Assembly (NCBI GenBank): GCA_963795855.1
Contig: CAWCIZ010000003.1
Location: 256,001 to 320,000, forward strand
Length of the DNA: 64,000 nt
Reading direction: 5' to 3'
DNA from: Vulcanimicrobiota bacterium
Lineage (GTDB): Bacteria; Vulcanimicrobiota; Vulcanimicrobiia; Vulcanimicrobiales; Vulcanimicrobiaceae
The notes beneath the pieces were generated by a model. It ran no database searches. It was not told the DNA's origin and saw only the letters and a list, made by a program, of their open reading frames with translations. The position numbers were made by a program, and so were the translations under genes. Shown one piece after another: positions 27,587-39,203 of this stretch (the first letter of the stretch is position 1; each line of letters begins with the position of its first letter).

Positions 27587-28816
27587 TCAAAGTGAACTCT
27601 GCGGGTGCAGAACGGCAGTTGGAAACCCGGCGTCATTGAGACGGTCGGCGATGAACGTCGCATCTCCGCGCTCGCGCAGTTCGAGCATAAAATCCAAAGC
27701 AGCATCGCGGGAAGAGACATCACTGAACAGGCGCCGGTGCGCTAAGTCAACGACGTTCGCACCGGCCTCGGCAATGAGCGCTGACACCGCGGAAAGCGAG
27801 CCGGGACGATCGGCGATCATCACCCTGATGCACGCCACCATGCCGGCGCTTAGGCGCGCTCGGGTAATGACGTTTGCGAGAAGAGAAGGATCAATGTTGC
27901 CGCCGCTAAGCACGATCCCGACGCGCCTTCCCGAGAAACGTTCGGCGTGCACCATTAAGGCCGCCACGCCGGCTGCGCCGGCTCCCTCGCTGACCAATTT
28001 TTCCTCTTCGAGCAGCAGGTAAATCGCAGATTCGATCGCTTCTTCCGAAACCAGTACAACGTCGGCAACGTACCGGCGGACGATTTCAAGGGTGAAGCGC
28101 GAGACCTTTTGCACGGTGATCCCGTCCGCAATGGTCGGCATACCGGCAACGGGTTCGAGGCCCTGGATAGCGCGCTTGAAATGCGGTTGATGCGCGCTCT
28201 GAACGCCGATGATCGTGACGTGCGGGTTGATAGACGTTGCCGCGACGGCAACGCCGGCGATAAGACCTCCTCCGCCGATCGGGACGATCAGGACATCGAG
28301 GTCGGGGACGGCCCCCAACATCTCGAGTCCAATCGTGCCCTGTCCGGCGACGACCGTTTCGTCATCATAGGGATGTACGAACGCCAAGTTACCTTCGGCG
28401 GCGATCGACCTCGCGCGGGCTTCACAGTCCGCCAACGGCCCGTCTTGCAGAACGACATCAGCGCCAAACTTCTGCGCTTCACGCACTTTGATCGCGGAGG
28501 TCGCCGAGGGCATCACAATCGTCACCGGGATTCCTAGCCGCCGGCCGTGGAACGCGACCGCCTGTGCGTGATTTCCGGTGGACGCCGCTACGACGCCGGG
28601 CGCCCCGGCTTCTTTAAGGCAAAGCAGCTTTAGCAATGCGCCACGCTCTTTGAACGAACCCGTGCGCTGCCTGTTCTCGAGTTTTAGCCACACCTCGAGG
28701 CCAACGAACTGTGAGAGGCGCGGTGCAGTCACCAATGGTGTCTCCACAATGCTGCCCCTAATAAGCGCCGACGCTCGCGCGATCTGCGCCGGCGTAATGC
28801 CTATTTGAGCAGGCAC
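27587..28816 (-). CDS. threonine/serine ammonia-lyase (PLP) with C-terminal ACT domain
   Basis: KLEN..RTGSFKERGA, STGNHAQ, PIGGGGL, SGGNID, DRPGSL. Confidence 0.93.
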   Translation of the reverse strand: MPAQIGITPAQIARASALIRGSIVETPLVTAPRLSQFVGLEVWLKLENRQRTGSFKERGALLKLLCLKEAGAPGVVAASTGNHAQAVAFHGRRLGIPVTIVMPSATSAIKVREAQKFGADVVLQDGPLADCEARARSIAAEGNLAFVHPYDDETVVAGQGTIGLEMLGAVPDLDVLIVPIGGGGLIAGVAVAATSINPHVTIIGVQSAHQPHFKRAIQGLEPVAGMPTIADGITVQKVSRFTLEIVRRYVADVVLVSEEAIESAIYLLLEEEKLVSEGAGAAGVAALMVHAERFSGRRVGIVLSGGNIDPSLLANVITRARLSAGMVACIRVMIADRPGSLSAVSALIAEAGANVVDLAHRRLFSDVSSRDAALDFMLELRERGDATFIADRLNDAGFPTAVLHPQSSL

Positions 28817-28819
28817 AGT

Positions 28820-31504
28820 CTACATCCGATATTGCACGGTGAGCATCGCTTGCCTGTACGGCATTCCGTAGAGTTCGCTGCCTTGCTGCAGTGGGCTCGT
28901 ATCCGTCCCGAACTGATTTTCCGGTTGGTACACGCCCAATCCGATTAGGCCGTAATTCGTTGCGATACTGTTGAACAGATTATTGATGCCGAGATTAAGG
29001 GTTATTGGACCCCACGTCTTACCTAACGCCAAATTCGCGTAGTCATACGCTGGACGATTGTAGTTATTATTGCCATCGATATGGTAGCCGTCAAAGCGGA
29101 TATCGACGCCCGCGTCATTTTGGTACTCCAGCCCGATTGAGGCCTTATGCAGCGGTATACCAAAAATTTGAGCGCCGTTGATCGTTGTGAGGTTCTGCTG
29201 CAGGATGTCGTCGGGAACGCCCAGATACGCTGCCGACTGCACGTCGTACATATAGTCAGTCATGAGGTGACGTGCTATGCGTACGCGCCCCGAGAGTTCA
29301 ATGCCGCGATAACGGCCTGCTGCAGCGTTATACGTTGTGTTGACGTTCAGGTTCGCAACCGTTGGATTGGGAATGTTAGCGCAGAGTTGAGAAATGCGGT
29401 TGAGGTAGAGTTGGATAATCGATGGCGCTACAGTCTGTCCGACTGCGGTGAACGGTAGCGTTCCTTCGAAGTACGCGCCTTGCTCGTATGAGTCGTACAA
29501 ATTGATTTGAATCGTGTCGTCGCCGGCGAAGCGGTGGCCGTATGCGAGCTCCATGTCCGTCGCCTTTTCCGGCTGCAGATTGCGATCCGCAACGTCGCCG
29601 ATCGTCGTCTGCAGATTGCCGGAGCAATTCGGGAAGACGCTGCCGATGTTACCGTTCACCGTCGGAGGCGCGAAGACGAGCGCGGGCTGCGGTACGCTCA
29701 CGGAATGTCCTCCGGTCAACCGGAGAACGTCCGCATCGGTCGGCCGGTACACCACGGAGAGCCTGGGATCGAGCGAGGTGACCGGCGTCACGTTGGCACG
29801 CTTGAGCCAGAGATTGGCGAAGAACGAAAGGCGCTTGTTTAGGAAGTACTCGTCGTTCGCGAAGATGCCGTTATCCGACATCGTATACGGGGGGGCCCAG
29901 CCAATTTGCGGCAGAGATTTTCCCGGCTGCGAGTAGATGTCCGGGTATTGATCGTAGCGCACGTCCTGACGCTCGCTGGAGAATCCGAAGCCGAAGTCGT
30001 TGCGCGCTCCGGAGATGTGGTCCGCTATGAGAAAACCATGAGTGAGAAAGAAATTGGTACGAAAAAAACTCGAGTCGATGAAGCGGTTGAAATCGGTAAC
30101 GTAGTTATCGACATAACCGTCGATCGTGACCTCGTTGTTCGCGCCTAGCCGCTGGGTGAGGCGGGCATCGTAGTCCTGATTGCGGATCCCCTGAAAAGTG
30201 CCGGGTCCGCCGCCGGCCGGCCCCGACGTGTCTTGCGCATACTGCTGCGGGGAGAGACAACCATAACCCGCAGGCGAATCATTGATGATGGCTATAGCGC
30301 CCGTACATGTTACGCTCTGGCCGTTTCCGAGCGTGACCGATGTCGTATTGCCATTCGATGAAAGAGCCTGCTGTGCGTTGTAGAGCTGGAATGGGTACGT
30401 AACATAGTCGTTGTCGCCGTTGCCGGATTTATCTTCCCAAACGTTGGCGGCCCAGCCCGTCACCGTCAGTTGTGTTGACGGGCTAAAGGCATAGCTGAGC
30501 TTGAGCAAGTCATTTCGCAAAGTATAGTCGCCGGCAACGACGTACGTGTTCGCGGCGAGATTCGCAGCGGAGATATCGTTGCCCAATAGACCGGTTTGCG
30601 GAATAACTTGCGGAATGAAACTTCCATACGTACCCTGCACGGCGTGCATCACCGCGTAGCCTAGTTTTCCGAATGTCCCAGTCGCCTGTAATCCCGTAAG
30701 AAGTTTCCCATCGTTGCCGATGCCTTGCTCGATAGTGAAGGAAGGCTTCGTGGTAGGATTGCTTGTTTGATAGTTTACGGAACCGCCGATCGCATCGACA
30801 CCAAACAATCCGGAGGCACCCGAACCGTAGATGACTTGGATTCCGCTCAGTCCGTAAAATGGCGATATTTGCGAGTCGAATGTATGGAACGCATTTACGG
30901 CGGAGCCAAGCGGCCCGATGCGGTGTCCGTCAAGCAGCGTGGCCGTCTCGCTGGGGTTATAGCCGCGTATGCTGATGAATTCATCATCGCCGACGGAGGC
31001 ACTGGTCTGGGGCGTAACGCCGGCTATGCCGGTCAGCGCGTCTGCGGCACGGATGTAATTCTGCTGCTGTAGTATTTGCGGCGCGATGTACTGATTGATC
31101 GTCGTCGATGTCTGCAGACTGCTGCGGCCGCCCACGGCCACCGACGCAATCGTACGGACTGAGCCCGCATTAAGCGAGGTATTAGCGTACGCGGTCTGCC
31201 CGGCGATGACCACAACGCCGGAGATTCGCGCGGGCTGATAGCCGGAGCGTGAAATCGTCACGGTATACAGCCCTGCAGGCTCGCTTTGGAACCGGAACGT
31301 TCCGTCGGCATGCGTGATGGTTTGCGCAACGACGTGCTCCCCGCTTTGGAGATCAACTTGCGCATCGGATAGCGGCAAACCGTTGCTCGCGTCCACGACT
31401 TGACCGGAGATGGAACCGTTCTGCGGTTGGGCAGCTCCCGCAGGCACTGCACTCCCCGCGCACAGCAAAATCACGGCCGTTAGGGCGAAAGCTAATCGGC
31501 GCAC
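28820..31504 (-). CDS. TonB-dependent receptor
   Basis: Carboxypeptidase-regulatory-like N-domain, plug (ISIRG...LLDG...GGSVN), LQPEKA, NNLFN, C-terminal VQYRM. Confidence 0.93.
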   Translation of the reverse strand: MRRLAFALTAVILLCAGSAVPAGAAQPQNGSISGQVVDASNGLPLSDAQVDLQSGEHVVAQTITHADGTFRFQSEPAGLYTVTISRSGYQPARISGVVVIAGQTAYANTSLNAGSVRTIASVAVGGRSSLQTSTTINQYIAPQILQQQNYIRAADALTGIAGVTPQTSASVGDDEFISIRGYNPSETATLLDGHRIGPLGSAVNAFHTFDSQISPFYGLSGIQVIYGSGASGLFGVDAIGGSVNYQTSNPTTKPSFTIEQGIGNDGKLLTGLQATGTFGKLGYAVMHAVQGTYGSFIPQVIPQTGLLGNDISAANLAANTYVVAGDYTLRNDLLKLSYAFSPSTQLTVTGWAANVWEDKSGNGDNDYVTYPFQLYNAQQALSSNGNTTSVTLGNGQSVTCTGAIAIINDSPAGYGCLSPQQYAQDTSGPAGGGPGTFQGIRNQDYDARLTQRLGANNEVTIDGYVDNYVTDFNRFIDSSFFRTNFFLTHGFLIADHISGARNDFGFGFSSERQDVRYDQYPDIYSQPGKSLPQIGWAPPYTMSDNGIFANDEYFLNKRLSFFANLWLKRANVTPVTSLDPRLSVVYRPTDADVLRLTGGHSVSVPQPALVFAPPTVNGNIGSVFPNCSGNLQTTIGDVADRNLQPEKATDMELAYGHRFAGDDTIQINLYDSYEQGAYFEGTLPFTAVGQTVAPSIIQLYLNRISQLCANIPNPTVANLNVNTTYNAAAGRYRGIELSGRVRIARHLMTDYMYDVQSAAYLGVPDDILQQNLTTINGAQIFGIPLHKASIGLEYQNDAGVDIRFDGYHIDGNNNYNRPAYDYANLALGKTWGPITLNLGINNLFNSIATNYGLIGLGVYQPENQFGTDTSPLQQGSELYGMPYRQAMLTVQYRM

Positions 31505-31571
31505 ACTGATACCCTCTTTCAGGCCGGCATAATGACGTCCGGCGCCAGGATCAGTGTACGGCGTCCCGCGC

Positions 31572-31615
31572 TGGGGAGCATGGGGCATTCCCCATACCGG
31601 GCTGCAGCCTCCCCA
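31572..31615. promoter_or_regulatory. TGGGG/CCCCA inverted-repeat operator candidates
   Basis: ATGGGG-CATT-CCCCAT (31580-31595) nested in TGGGGAG...CTCCCCA, between the divergent receptor and regulator. Confidence 0.5.
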
Positions 31616-31646
31616 TGCCGTCCGCATCGTGCTACGATAACTCAAG

Positions 31647-34402
31647 ATGTTCGTCAGCGACCGCACCGCGAATCTGATCGGCCGGCGCGTGGAATTAGAG
31701 GCCCTCTTCGATCGGTTTCGCCCCGCCTGCGAAGGTCACGGAGGCGCGGTGCTGATCACTGGCGACGCCGGAATCGGCAAGAGCCGGCTGATAAAGGAGT
31801 TCCTTACACGGATCGACCTTCAGCCGTGCCGCCGCAGTGTGGGCCAGTGCCTGGAGTACGCGCAAGCGCCATATCACCCGTTTCTCGAGGTGTTGAGGAC
31901 ACTAACCGGGACCGTTTCGACGGAGCTGCAATTCGGCCACGATACGTTCACGCGGGAGAATACTGCAGAAATTGGGCGACGGAAATTAGAGGCGTTCCAG
32001 TCCTTCGAAACGACCATACAAAACTTGGCGCGTTCTCGTCCTTTGGTCGTCGCCGTTGAGGACGCGCATTGGGCGGACATTGGCACGTTGGAACTGTTGC
32101 AGTACATAGTTCCACGGCTTGCGCCCAGGCGTGTCCTCCTGATCATTACATGCCGCGTCGGCAACCTTTCACGGACGCACGCGCTGCCGGCTGCGTTGGA
32201 GAGATTGGCACGCCTCGGGGCCGAATGCCTGCACCTTACGGGGCTGGGCGAAATGGAGACGCGGACCTTAATGTTGCGGATGCTTCCGTCGCCCGGTTCG
32301 GTGCCGGCCGAAACGTTGGCACGCATCGCGGAGATCGCCGATGGCAATCCGCTGCTGTTGCAAGAATTGCTACGCGGCGCGCTGATGCTGCCGGGTAGCG
32401 CAGCGGCGGATTTACGGTTCCCGTCAAATTTGACGGATACTGTGGCGGAGCGACTAAGCCGTTTGGAACCGTCTCTTCGCAGCGTCGTCGTACAAGCATC
32501 CGTCATTGGCCGACGCTTCGATTCGGAAACCCTGCGGGCGGTGGCGAGGCGGCCGGAACGCCTGATCCTCGAAGCCCTGCGACAGGCACGCGACTTACAT
32601 CTCATAGCCGAAGATGCCCTCACCGGGACTTGGTACGAATTCACGCACGAGTTGATCCGAGGGCTTGTCTACCGCCAGTTGCTTAAACGCGAAGCTCTCC
32701 CGCTACATGCGCGGATCGCGCAGCATTTGGAGCGAAGTGCCCACGCACCGAATCGAATCGCCGAATTGGCGTATCATTGGGCCGCCGCCGGGGACGCTAA
32801 AAAGGCGGTACACTATAACGCGCTAGCCGGCGAGATGGCAATGAACGTTCATGCGCATGGTGACGTCGCTCGTTTTTATCGGCGCGCTCTCCAATTTGCG
32901 CCGGATTCCGGCGTGCTCCGCGGTGAACTCTGCGATCGATTAGCATCGGCACTCTACGTTGGAGGCTTTGCCGAAGAAGCCAAGACGTGGTTTGACGAAG
33001 CAATCGCACAGTTTGACTGCGCGGATGACGATCAGCGTGTAGCGCGCATACTGCTGCGCCGGGCGCGCCTTGAGTTTTTCGAAGCGCGAGCGGAGACCAG
33101 TTTGGCCCTGGCCAATCGCGCGTTGCAAAGCTTTCGGTCCCTCTCGGAAGTCACTTCTGTGCTGCTCGAAGCGTATACGGAAGTCGCACGCTACAACGTG
33201 ATTCTTGGAAATTACATCGAAGCGATGACATGCCTCGAGCGCGCCGAGAGCCTGTCAACCGTAAATGGAGCCGCATTACCGGTTTATTTCCATGACGTTC
33301 GTGCAATCGCGTACGCTCACTTAGGCCGCGACAATGAAGCAATGGAAGCTTTCAGAGACGCCGGCGCCGCCGTCGAGTCGTCCGACGTTGAAGCGCAACT
33401 ACGCGTTTGGAACAATTATGGATGTAATGCTTCGTGGCTCGGGCATGCAGAGGAATCGATCGAGGCGTATCGGCGGACGCTTGAGCTATGCGAAGCCAAC
33501 GGCTTTTTGGTTCGGACCGCCTTTTCAACGTTGGGTCTGGCAAAAGTGATGACTCGATTGGGTCGATTGCATGAGGCGCGCACATTCGTGCACACCGCTA
33601 TCGAAGTGGGGCTTACCACCCAGCTTAATCGCATCGTCGCCGCAGAGGTGGGGATACCGCTTGGGATTGTCTTGAAAGACGACGCGCTTCTCACCCGACT
33701 CGCCGATCCGGCACTGCTCGATCATGCGCTGGAGAACGGCTCTGACTGGTTGGCTCCGCTGACCGGAGCTTTTGTCGATCTTGCGCTGCTGCGTGGCGAC
33801 CTTGAACAGCCCCACGCATTGCTCCATCGGGCGATTCGCCGAACGCGCACCGCGGATCACGCATGGCGAATGCTCGTGCTTACCGCGGCACACGGATGCG
33901 CCGGCGACATCCAACTGGCCAGGGAAATACTCATGCGCGCGCCGTCGACCGACACCACTCTCGCCGGTAGCGCCTACGCTTGCCTCTTTCAATCACACAT
34001 TGCGCTGCGCGACGGTCTACGCGAGCGCGGCCGCGCCCTTGCCCGCGCCGCAGCGGCGTATTTTGAACGATTGCGGTGGCCGGGCGAACAGGCCGCCGCA
34101 CTAGAGCCTCGCCGGTCGCCGAGCGGAAGCGGCAATAATCTACAAGCGTATTGGAAGTAAGCGTGACACCGAACGTTTAGAAGAGCTCGTAACCCGTAAA
34201 CGCCGCGGCCGGCCCGGCACCAGAGCTCACTCCAAGAGAATCCGAGATCGCTACATTAGCGGCGGCCGGATACTCGAACAAGGCAATCGCGGCATCGCTG
34301 AACCTCAGCATTCGTACGGTAGGCCACCACCTGGAGTCGGTATTTAACCGATTAGATATCCGCTCTCGTTCGGACCTCGCCGAATTTTCAGCGCTCAAAT
34401 GA
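31647..34402 (+). CDS. LAL/MalT-like regulator (AAA ATPase + TPR-like + LuxR HTH); two frameshifts near 34105 and 34195
   Basis: GDAGIGKSRL, VEDAHWAD, GNPL, F.HEL; shifted frame ELTPRESEIA...GYSNKAIA..LNLSIRTV.HHL..VF.RL. Confidence 0.9.
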
Positions 34403-34488
34403 TCATGCCGCAAATTAGGCCACGCTTTTTTCGAGAGTTTTCTGCCGTCTTAAGCGCAAGAAAGAAAGCTGCCATCCCTATCGCATTG

Positions 34489-35823
34489 CTAAGCGGCTGC
34501 GACGGCGAGCGCGGAGTGCGCCAAATCCAACGCGCGCCGTTCTTTGATTAGCAGTAGTGCGGTAACCGAAATCATCGCGCCGGCGAACAGGTAGAGGGAT
34601 AACACCCACGACGCGCCGCCGGAGAAGTGCAGGAGCGCCGTACCGACGAACGGCGTAAGCCCGCCGGCAAAAATCGATGCGCCTTGGTAACCGATGGATG
34701 CGCCGCTGTATCGGACGTTGCCGGCGAACATCTCCGCGAAGAGCGCGGCCAACGGCCCGTACACGAATCCATTCGATGTGTAAGCGAGACATTCTGCCAG
34801 GACGATGAGCGGCCATTGTTTCGTGTCGATGAGCGCATAGATTGGAAATGCCGCGACAAGCATCATTACAGCGCCGGCAAGACACAACCGCCGGCGGCCG
34901 ACTCGGTCCGATAACCATCCGGAAACCGCGACGGCCACAAAAAAGGCGACACCGCCGATCATTATCGCGTCAATGATCTCGCCGGCTGGTAATTGCAACC
35001 GTGAGTCGGGCCCGGATGCGTAACTGATGAGCTGCGTTCCGTAGAGATAGCCCATATTTGCAGTGAAAAATGCACCGCCTGCGAGTAGAATCGATTTCCA
35101 CTGCGTGCGCAGAACGGTCGCTACGGGCCGGTGAACGATCAGCGCAGCGTGTTTGATGTGTTCGAAGGCGGGTGACTCCGTGACGGTTAAGCGCACGACA
35201 AGGCCGGCAACGACTAAAATCGCGCTCAATAAAAACGGGATGCGCCAGCCGTATTGGAAAAACGCCGGCGTCAGCTTTCCACTTACGGTAAACGCAGTGG
35301 TGACGGCGACAAAAACCGCGGATGAGAGGATGGTTCCTAAAGGTGATCCGAGTTGAGGAAACGCGCCGAACAAGCCGCGGCGCTGCGGCGGCGCATGCTC
35401 CGTCGCCATGAGGACTGCTCCCCCCCATTCGCCTCCGACCGCAATGCCTTGGCAAGCGCGCAAGGCCGTCAGCAGCAACGGCGCCCATATTCCGACTTGC
35501 TTATACGCCGGCAAAACGCCAACCAAGAATGTTCCTGCACCCATGAGCGTGAGCGTGAGCACGAGCATTGTTTTACGCCCGATACGGTCGCCGTAGTGTC
35601 CGCAAATCATTCCGCCGAGCGGGCGGCCGAGAAACGCAACCCAAAAAACCGCAAATGAGGCCAAAAGACCCAATTTACCCTGAGCCGGAAAAAAGACCGT
35701 TGGAAACACAAGCGCTGCCGCCGCGCCGAATATGTAAAAATCGTACCACTCGATAGAGGTGCCAATAAGGCTTGCGAACGCAACAACGTAGGGCGATTGA
35801 CGGCGAGCGGCAGTGATATCCAT
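34489..35823 (-). CDS. MFS transporter, metabolite:H+ symporter (ShiA/ProP-like)
   Basis: IEWYDF, GDRIGRK, GGEWGGA, GWRIPF. Confidence 0.95.
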   Translation of the reverse strand: MDITAARRQSPYVVAFASLIGTSIEWYDFYIFGAAAALVFPTVFFPAQGKLGLLASFAVFWVAFLGRPLGGMICGHYGDRIGRKTMLVLTLTLMGAGTFLVGVLPAYKQVGIWAPLLLTALRACQGIAVGGEWGGAVLMATEHAPPQRRGLFGAFPQLGSPLGTILSSAVFVAVTTAFTVSGKLTPAFFQYGWRIPFLLSAILVVAGLVVRLTVTESPAFEHIKHAALIVHRPVATVLRTQWKSILLAGGAFFTANMGYLYGTQLISYASGPDSRLQLPAGEIIDAIMIGGVAFFVAVAVSGWLSDRVGRRRLCLAGAVMMLVAAFPIYALIDTKQWPLIVLAECLAYTSNGFVYGPLAALFAEMFAGNVRYSGASIGYQGASIFAGGLTPFVGTALLHFSGGASWVLSLYLFAGAMISVTALLLIKERRALDLAHSALAVAAA

Positions 35824-36025
35824 GCGACCCTCGCTCTCAGTGCGCACCATCGTAACATGTTGCGCCGCTGTACGCTACCGAGTTGGAATGCTTAGAGCAT
35901 CTCTCTATGGTTGGGGTGACCGCGAGAAGCAGCGATTTCCAGAAAATATGTTTGTTGACCGCGCAGTTTCCATTTAGTGGAACGCGGTCGGCCAATTTAA
36001 TGGATAAACCGTAACACCGTAAAAC

Positions 36026-36109
36026 TGCCCAGAAAGGGACTCGAACCCCCACGGCCTTGCGGCCACTGATACCTGAAACCAGCGCGTCTACCAATTCCGC
36101 CATCTGGGC
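36026..36109 (-). tRNA. tRNA-Leu (CAG)
   Basis: GCCCAGATGGCGGAATTGGTAGAC...TTCAGGT...long variable arm...GGTTCGAGTCCC...CTGGGCA; CCA not encoded. Confidence 0.96.
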
Positions 36110-36192
36110 TTGCGACCACCCGCGATTCGTGACCTGAACGGCCACCCCTTTCATGAAACCGCGCGTCCGCGAAAGGGGTTGACGGTCGCACC

Positions 36193-37119
36193 ATGTCCGC
36201 TTCCGTACGTTTTATAGCCGGCGAAGAGCCGGTCAACCCGCTCGACGCCTATTCGCAGGCCGTCGTGCACGCCGCCCAAACCGCGAGCCCCTCCGTCGTC
36301 GCAATCGAGGTTTCGAACGGGCGCCGCCGCGCCAACGGTTCGGGGTTCATCTTTACGCCCGACGGGTTCGTCCTAACCAATAGCCATGTCGTGCAAGGGG
36401 GCGATTCGATCGGCGTCTCGCTGCTCGACGGCCGGGAGCTGCCGGCGCGTCTGGTCGGGCAGGACGAGCACACCGACCTAGCCGTGCTGCGAATCGACGC
36501 GCCGAATCTGATCGCAGCGCGATTGGGCGACTCCGCGGCGCTGCGGCCGGGGCAACTGGTCGTCGCAGTCGGCAATCCCTACGGATTGCAGTACACCGTC
36601 ACGGCGGGCGTCGTCAGCGCGCTGGGTCGAACGCTGCGCGCGCAGTCCGGGCGGCTGATCGACAACGTGATTCAAACCGATGCAGCGCTCAACCCGGGCA
36701 ATTCCGGCGGCCCGCTCGTGGCCGCGGACGGCGCGGTGGTCGGCGTGAACACGGCGGTATTTCCCGGCCAAGGCATCTGCTTTGCAATCGCCGTCAACAC
36801 CGCCAAACTCATCACCGGTATGCTGCTGCGCGACGGCCGGGTGCGCCGCGGCTACCTCGGCGTTGCCGGACAAGACTTGCGCGATGGCGCTGGGCTGCTG
36901 GTGCTTTCGGTGGAACCGGGGAGTCCGGCGGAGACCGCCGGCTTGCGCGAAGGCGACGTTCTGGTCGCATTCGAACACGACTGCATCGGCGGCATCGACG
37001 ATTTGCACCGCAAGTTGACGCTGCTCGATCTGCGCCGGAGTTACCGGCTTACGTTCCTTCGTAAACGCGAACGCCTCACCACGCTGGTTTTGCCAATCGA
37101 CGCATCCGATACGCCGTGA
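36193..37119 (+). CDS. HtrA/DegP-like serine protease with PDZ domain
   Basis: [30 protein letters not shown]. Confidence 0.95.
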   Translation: MSASVRFIAGEEPVNPLDAYSQAVVHAAQTASPSVVAIEVSNGRRRANGSGFIFTPDGFVLTNSHVVQGGDSIGVSLLDGRELPARLVGQDEHTDLAVLRIDAPNLIAARLGDSAALRPGQLVVAVGNPYGLQYTVTAGVVSALGRTLRAQSGRLIDNVIQTDAALNPGNSGGPLVAADGAVVGVNTAVFPGQGICFAIAVNTAKLITGMLLRDGRVRRGYLGVAGQDLRDGAGLLVLSVEPGSPAETAGLREGDVLVAFEHDCIGGIDDLHRKLTLLDLRRSYRLTFLRKRERLTTLVLPIDASDTP

Positions 37120-38294
37120 TCAAGCGCCTGCTGCCGATTCTGGGCATTACGTTCATCGACATCCTCGGTTTCAGTTTGCTGATCCCGCTGCTGCCGTATT
37201 ACGTAACGCACTTCGGCGCTTCGGCGGTTACGGTCGGCGTGCTGTTCGCGCTGTTTTCGTTCTGTCAGTTGATCAGCGGGCCGATTTGGGGCAACCTCTC
37301 CGATCGCATCGGCCGTAAGGGCGTACTCGTGATCAGCCAAATCGGCGCGACGATCGGTTGGGCGATGCTCGGCTGGGCGCCTTCGATTCTGTGGGTATTC
37401 ATCGCACGCATCGTCGAGGGATGTTCCGGCGGAAATATCGGCGTAACGCAGGCCTACGTGGCCGATTTGGTCGAGCCGAAACACCGGGCGCGTGCGTTCG
37501 CGTACATCAGCGCAACGTTCGCCGCCGGCATGGCGCTAGGGCCCGCGCTCGGCGCGGCCCTTTCGCTGCACGGCTACGCCATCACGCTCTACACGGCCGC
37601 CGGCCTGCAATTTCTCACGCTTGTGATCACGCTAATCGTGCTGCCGGAATCCCGCGAGAAAGTGGAAGGCGCGGTCGCGGGTCCCGCCGAGATTCTGCGC
37701 ACCTTCAAGAATCCCGCACTCGCGCCAAAACTCTGGCAGAAGCTCGCGCTTTCGCTCGCGCTCTACGGCTGGTTCGGCGTCATGGCCTTGTACTTCGCGC
37801 ACCAACTTCACTTCGGGTTGCGCGAAACGTACTTGTTCATGATCTATATCTCGGTGCTGAACGTGATCGTGAACGCGTTCTTGCTCGGCCGCGTTTCCGA
37901 TCGGGTCGGAAATCGCATCATGTCGACGGCCGGCATCGCCGCGCTGGTCTGCGCATTTGCGTTCGTGCCGTTCGTGAACACCGTGTGGCAGCTCGCAATC
38001 ATGTCCGCGTTTTTCAGCATAGGGATGGCGTTCGGCAACACGGGACTGATTGCGCTGATCAGCGGCACCGCTGAAAACGCGGTTCAGGGTACGGTGCTGA
38101 GCGTCACGTCGTCGCTCGACTCGCTCTCAGGAATTTTCGCCCCGCCGCTCTCGACCGGACTGCTCGGCGCGTTCGGCTCGCCGTTCTCCGCGGCGTCGTC
38201 GCTGCTTTTCGCGCTCGTCGCACTGCTCATGGGCCTGCGCGGCGGCAGCCTGGACGACGTGCCGCTCGCGCACGCTCAGCGCGACGTTGCGTAA
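37116..38294 (+). CDS. MFS drug:H+ antiporter (TetA-like DHA1)
   Basis: [16 protein letters not shown]. Confidence 0.92.
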   Translation: MIKRLLPILGITFIDILGFSLLIPLLPYYVTHFGASAVTVGVLFALFSFCQLISGPIWGNLSDRIGRKGVLVISQIGATIGWAMLGWAPSILWVFIARIVEGCSGGNIGVTQAYVADLVEPKHRARAFAYISATFAAGMALGPALGAALSLHGYAITLYTAAGLQFLTLVITLIVLPESREKVEGAVAGPAEILRTFKNPALAPKLWQKLALSLALYGWFGVMALYFAHQLHFGLRETYLFMIYISVLNVIVNAFLLGRVSDRVGNRIMSTAGIAALVCAFAFVPFVNTVWQLAIMSAFFSIGMAFGNTGLIALISGTAENAVQGTVLSVTSSLDSLSGIFAPPLSTGLLGAFGSPFSAASSLLFALVALLMGLRGGSLDDVPLAHAQRDVA

Positions 38295-39155
38295 CTAGGC
38301 GCTTTTCTTTTTGCGTCCGCCATCGGGACTCGCGCGATGCGCCGCGCGTTTGGGCGCGTGAGCGGCGCGTCCCGCTCGCTGCTTCTTGCTCTCCTCCAAA
38401 CTCTGCTGCAGAACGTCCATGAGGTTGACGACTTTCGCGCGCGCAGGCGCCTTTTTGGGCCGCGGCAACTCTTTGCCGGCGGCGCGCGCCTCGATCATCG
38501 CGAGCAGCTCCTCGTGATAGCGGTTCGTGAATTTCTCCGGTTCGAACTCGTCGACGCTCATCGAATCCACGAGCATCTTCGCCATCTTCATCTCGGGTTC
38601 GGGCAGTTTAACCTCCGCGGGAAACTCGAGATCGGATTGTTCGACCAGTTCATCCGCCCAATGCATCAGTTCCAAAACCAGCGCGTGACCATCCGGCTTC
38701 ACCGCAGCGATCGTTTCTTTCGTGCGGATGACCACCCGCGCTATCGCGACTTTGTTGGCGCGGGCAAGCGCCTCGCGTAAAAGGGCATACGCATGCCGCC
38801 CCTGCTTCGTGGGTTCCAAGTAGTACGGCTTGTCGAAAAACATCGGGTTGATCTTGTCGAGTTCCACGAACTCCAGAATGTCGACGCTCTGCGTGGCTTC
38901 CGGATTCACCTTTTTGAAGTCTTCGTCCGTAAGCACGACGTACTCGCCCTTTTCGTACTCGTAGCCTTTGACGATCTCGTCCCACGGGACGGGCTTGCCG
39001 TCTACGGAACAGACGCGCTCGTATTTGATGCGTCCTTCGTCCTTGGCATGCAGCATGTTGAACGAGAGTTCGTTGGCCCGCACGGCCGTGAACAATTTGA
39101 CGGGTATCGTCACCAGCCCGAAGTTAATCGACCCCGACCATATCGCGTGAGCCAT
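38295..39155 (-). CDS. ku: NHEJ protein Ku
   Basis: IWSGSINFGLVTIPVKL, VKGYE, PYYL, VVNLMDVL..SL. Confidence 0.97.
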   Translation of the reverse strand: MAHAIWSGSINFGLVTIPVKLFTAVRANELSFNMLHAKDEGRIKYERVCSVDGKPVPWDEIVKGYEYEKGEYVVLTDEDFKKVNPEATQSVDILEFVELDKINPMFFDKPYYLEPTKQGRHAYALLREALARANKVAIARVVIRTKETIAAVKPDGHALVLELMHWADELVEQSDLEFPAEVKLPEPEMKMAKMLVDSMSVDEFEPEKFTNRYHEELLAMIEARAAGKELPRPKKAPARAKVVNLMDVLQQSLEESKKQRAGRAAHAPKRAAHRASPDGGRKKKSA

Positions 39156-39203
39156 CGTTAAATTCGCTCTCTCCTTCCGCCCATCCGAGCAGGCGGATAT
39201 TCA

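Noticed and set aside
27400..27590. attL/attR duplication of the tRNA-Leu 3' end or an integrase remnant
   Set aside because: I found no copy of the tRNA 3' sequence and no integrase motif by eye
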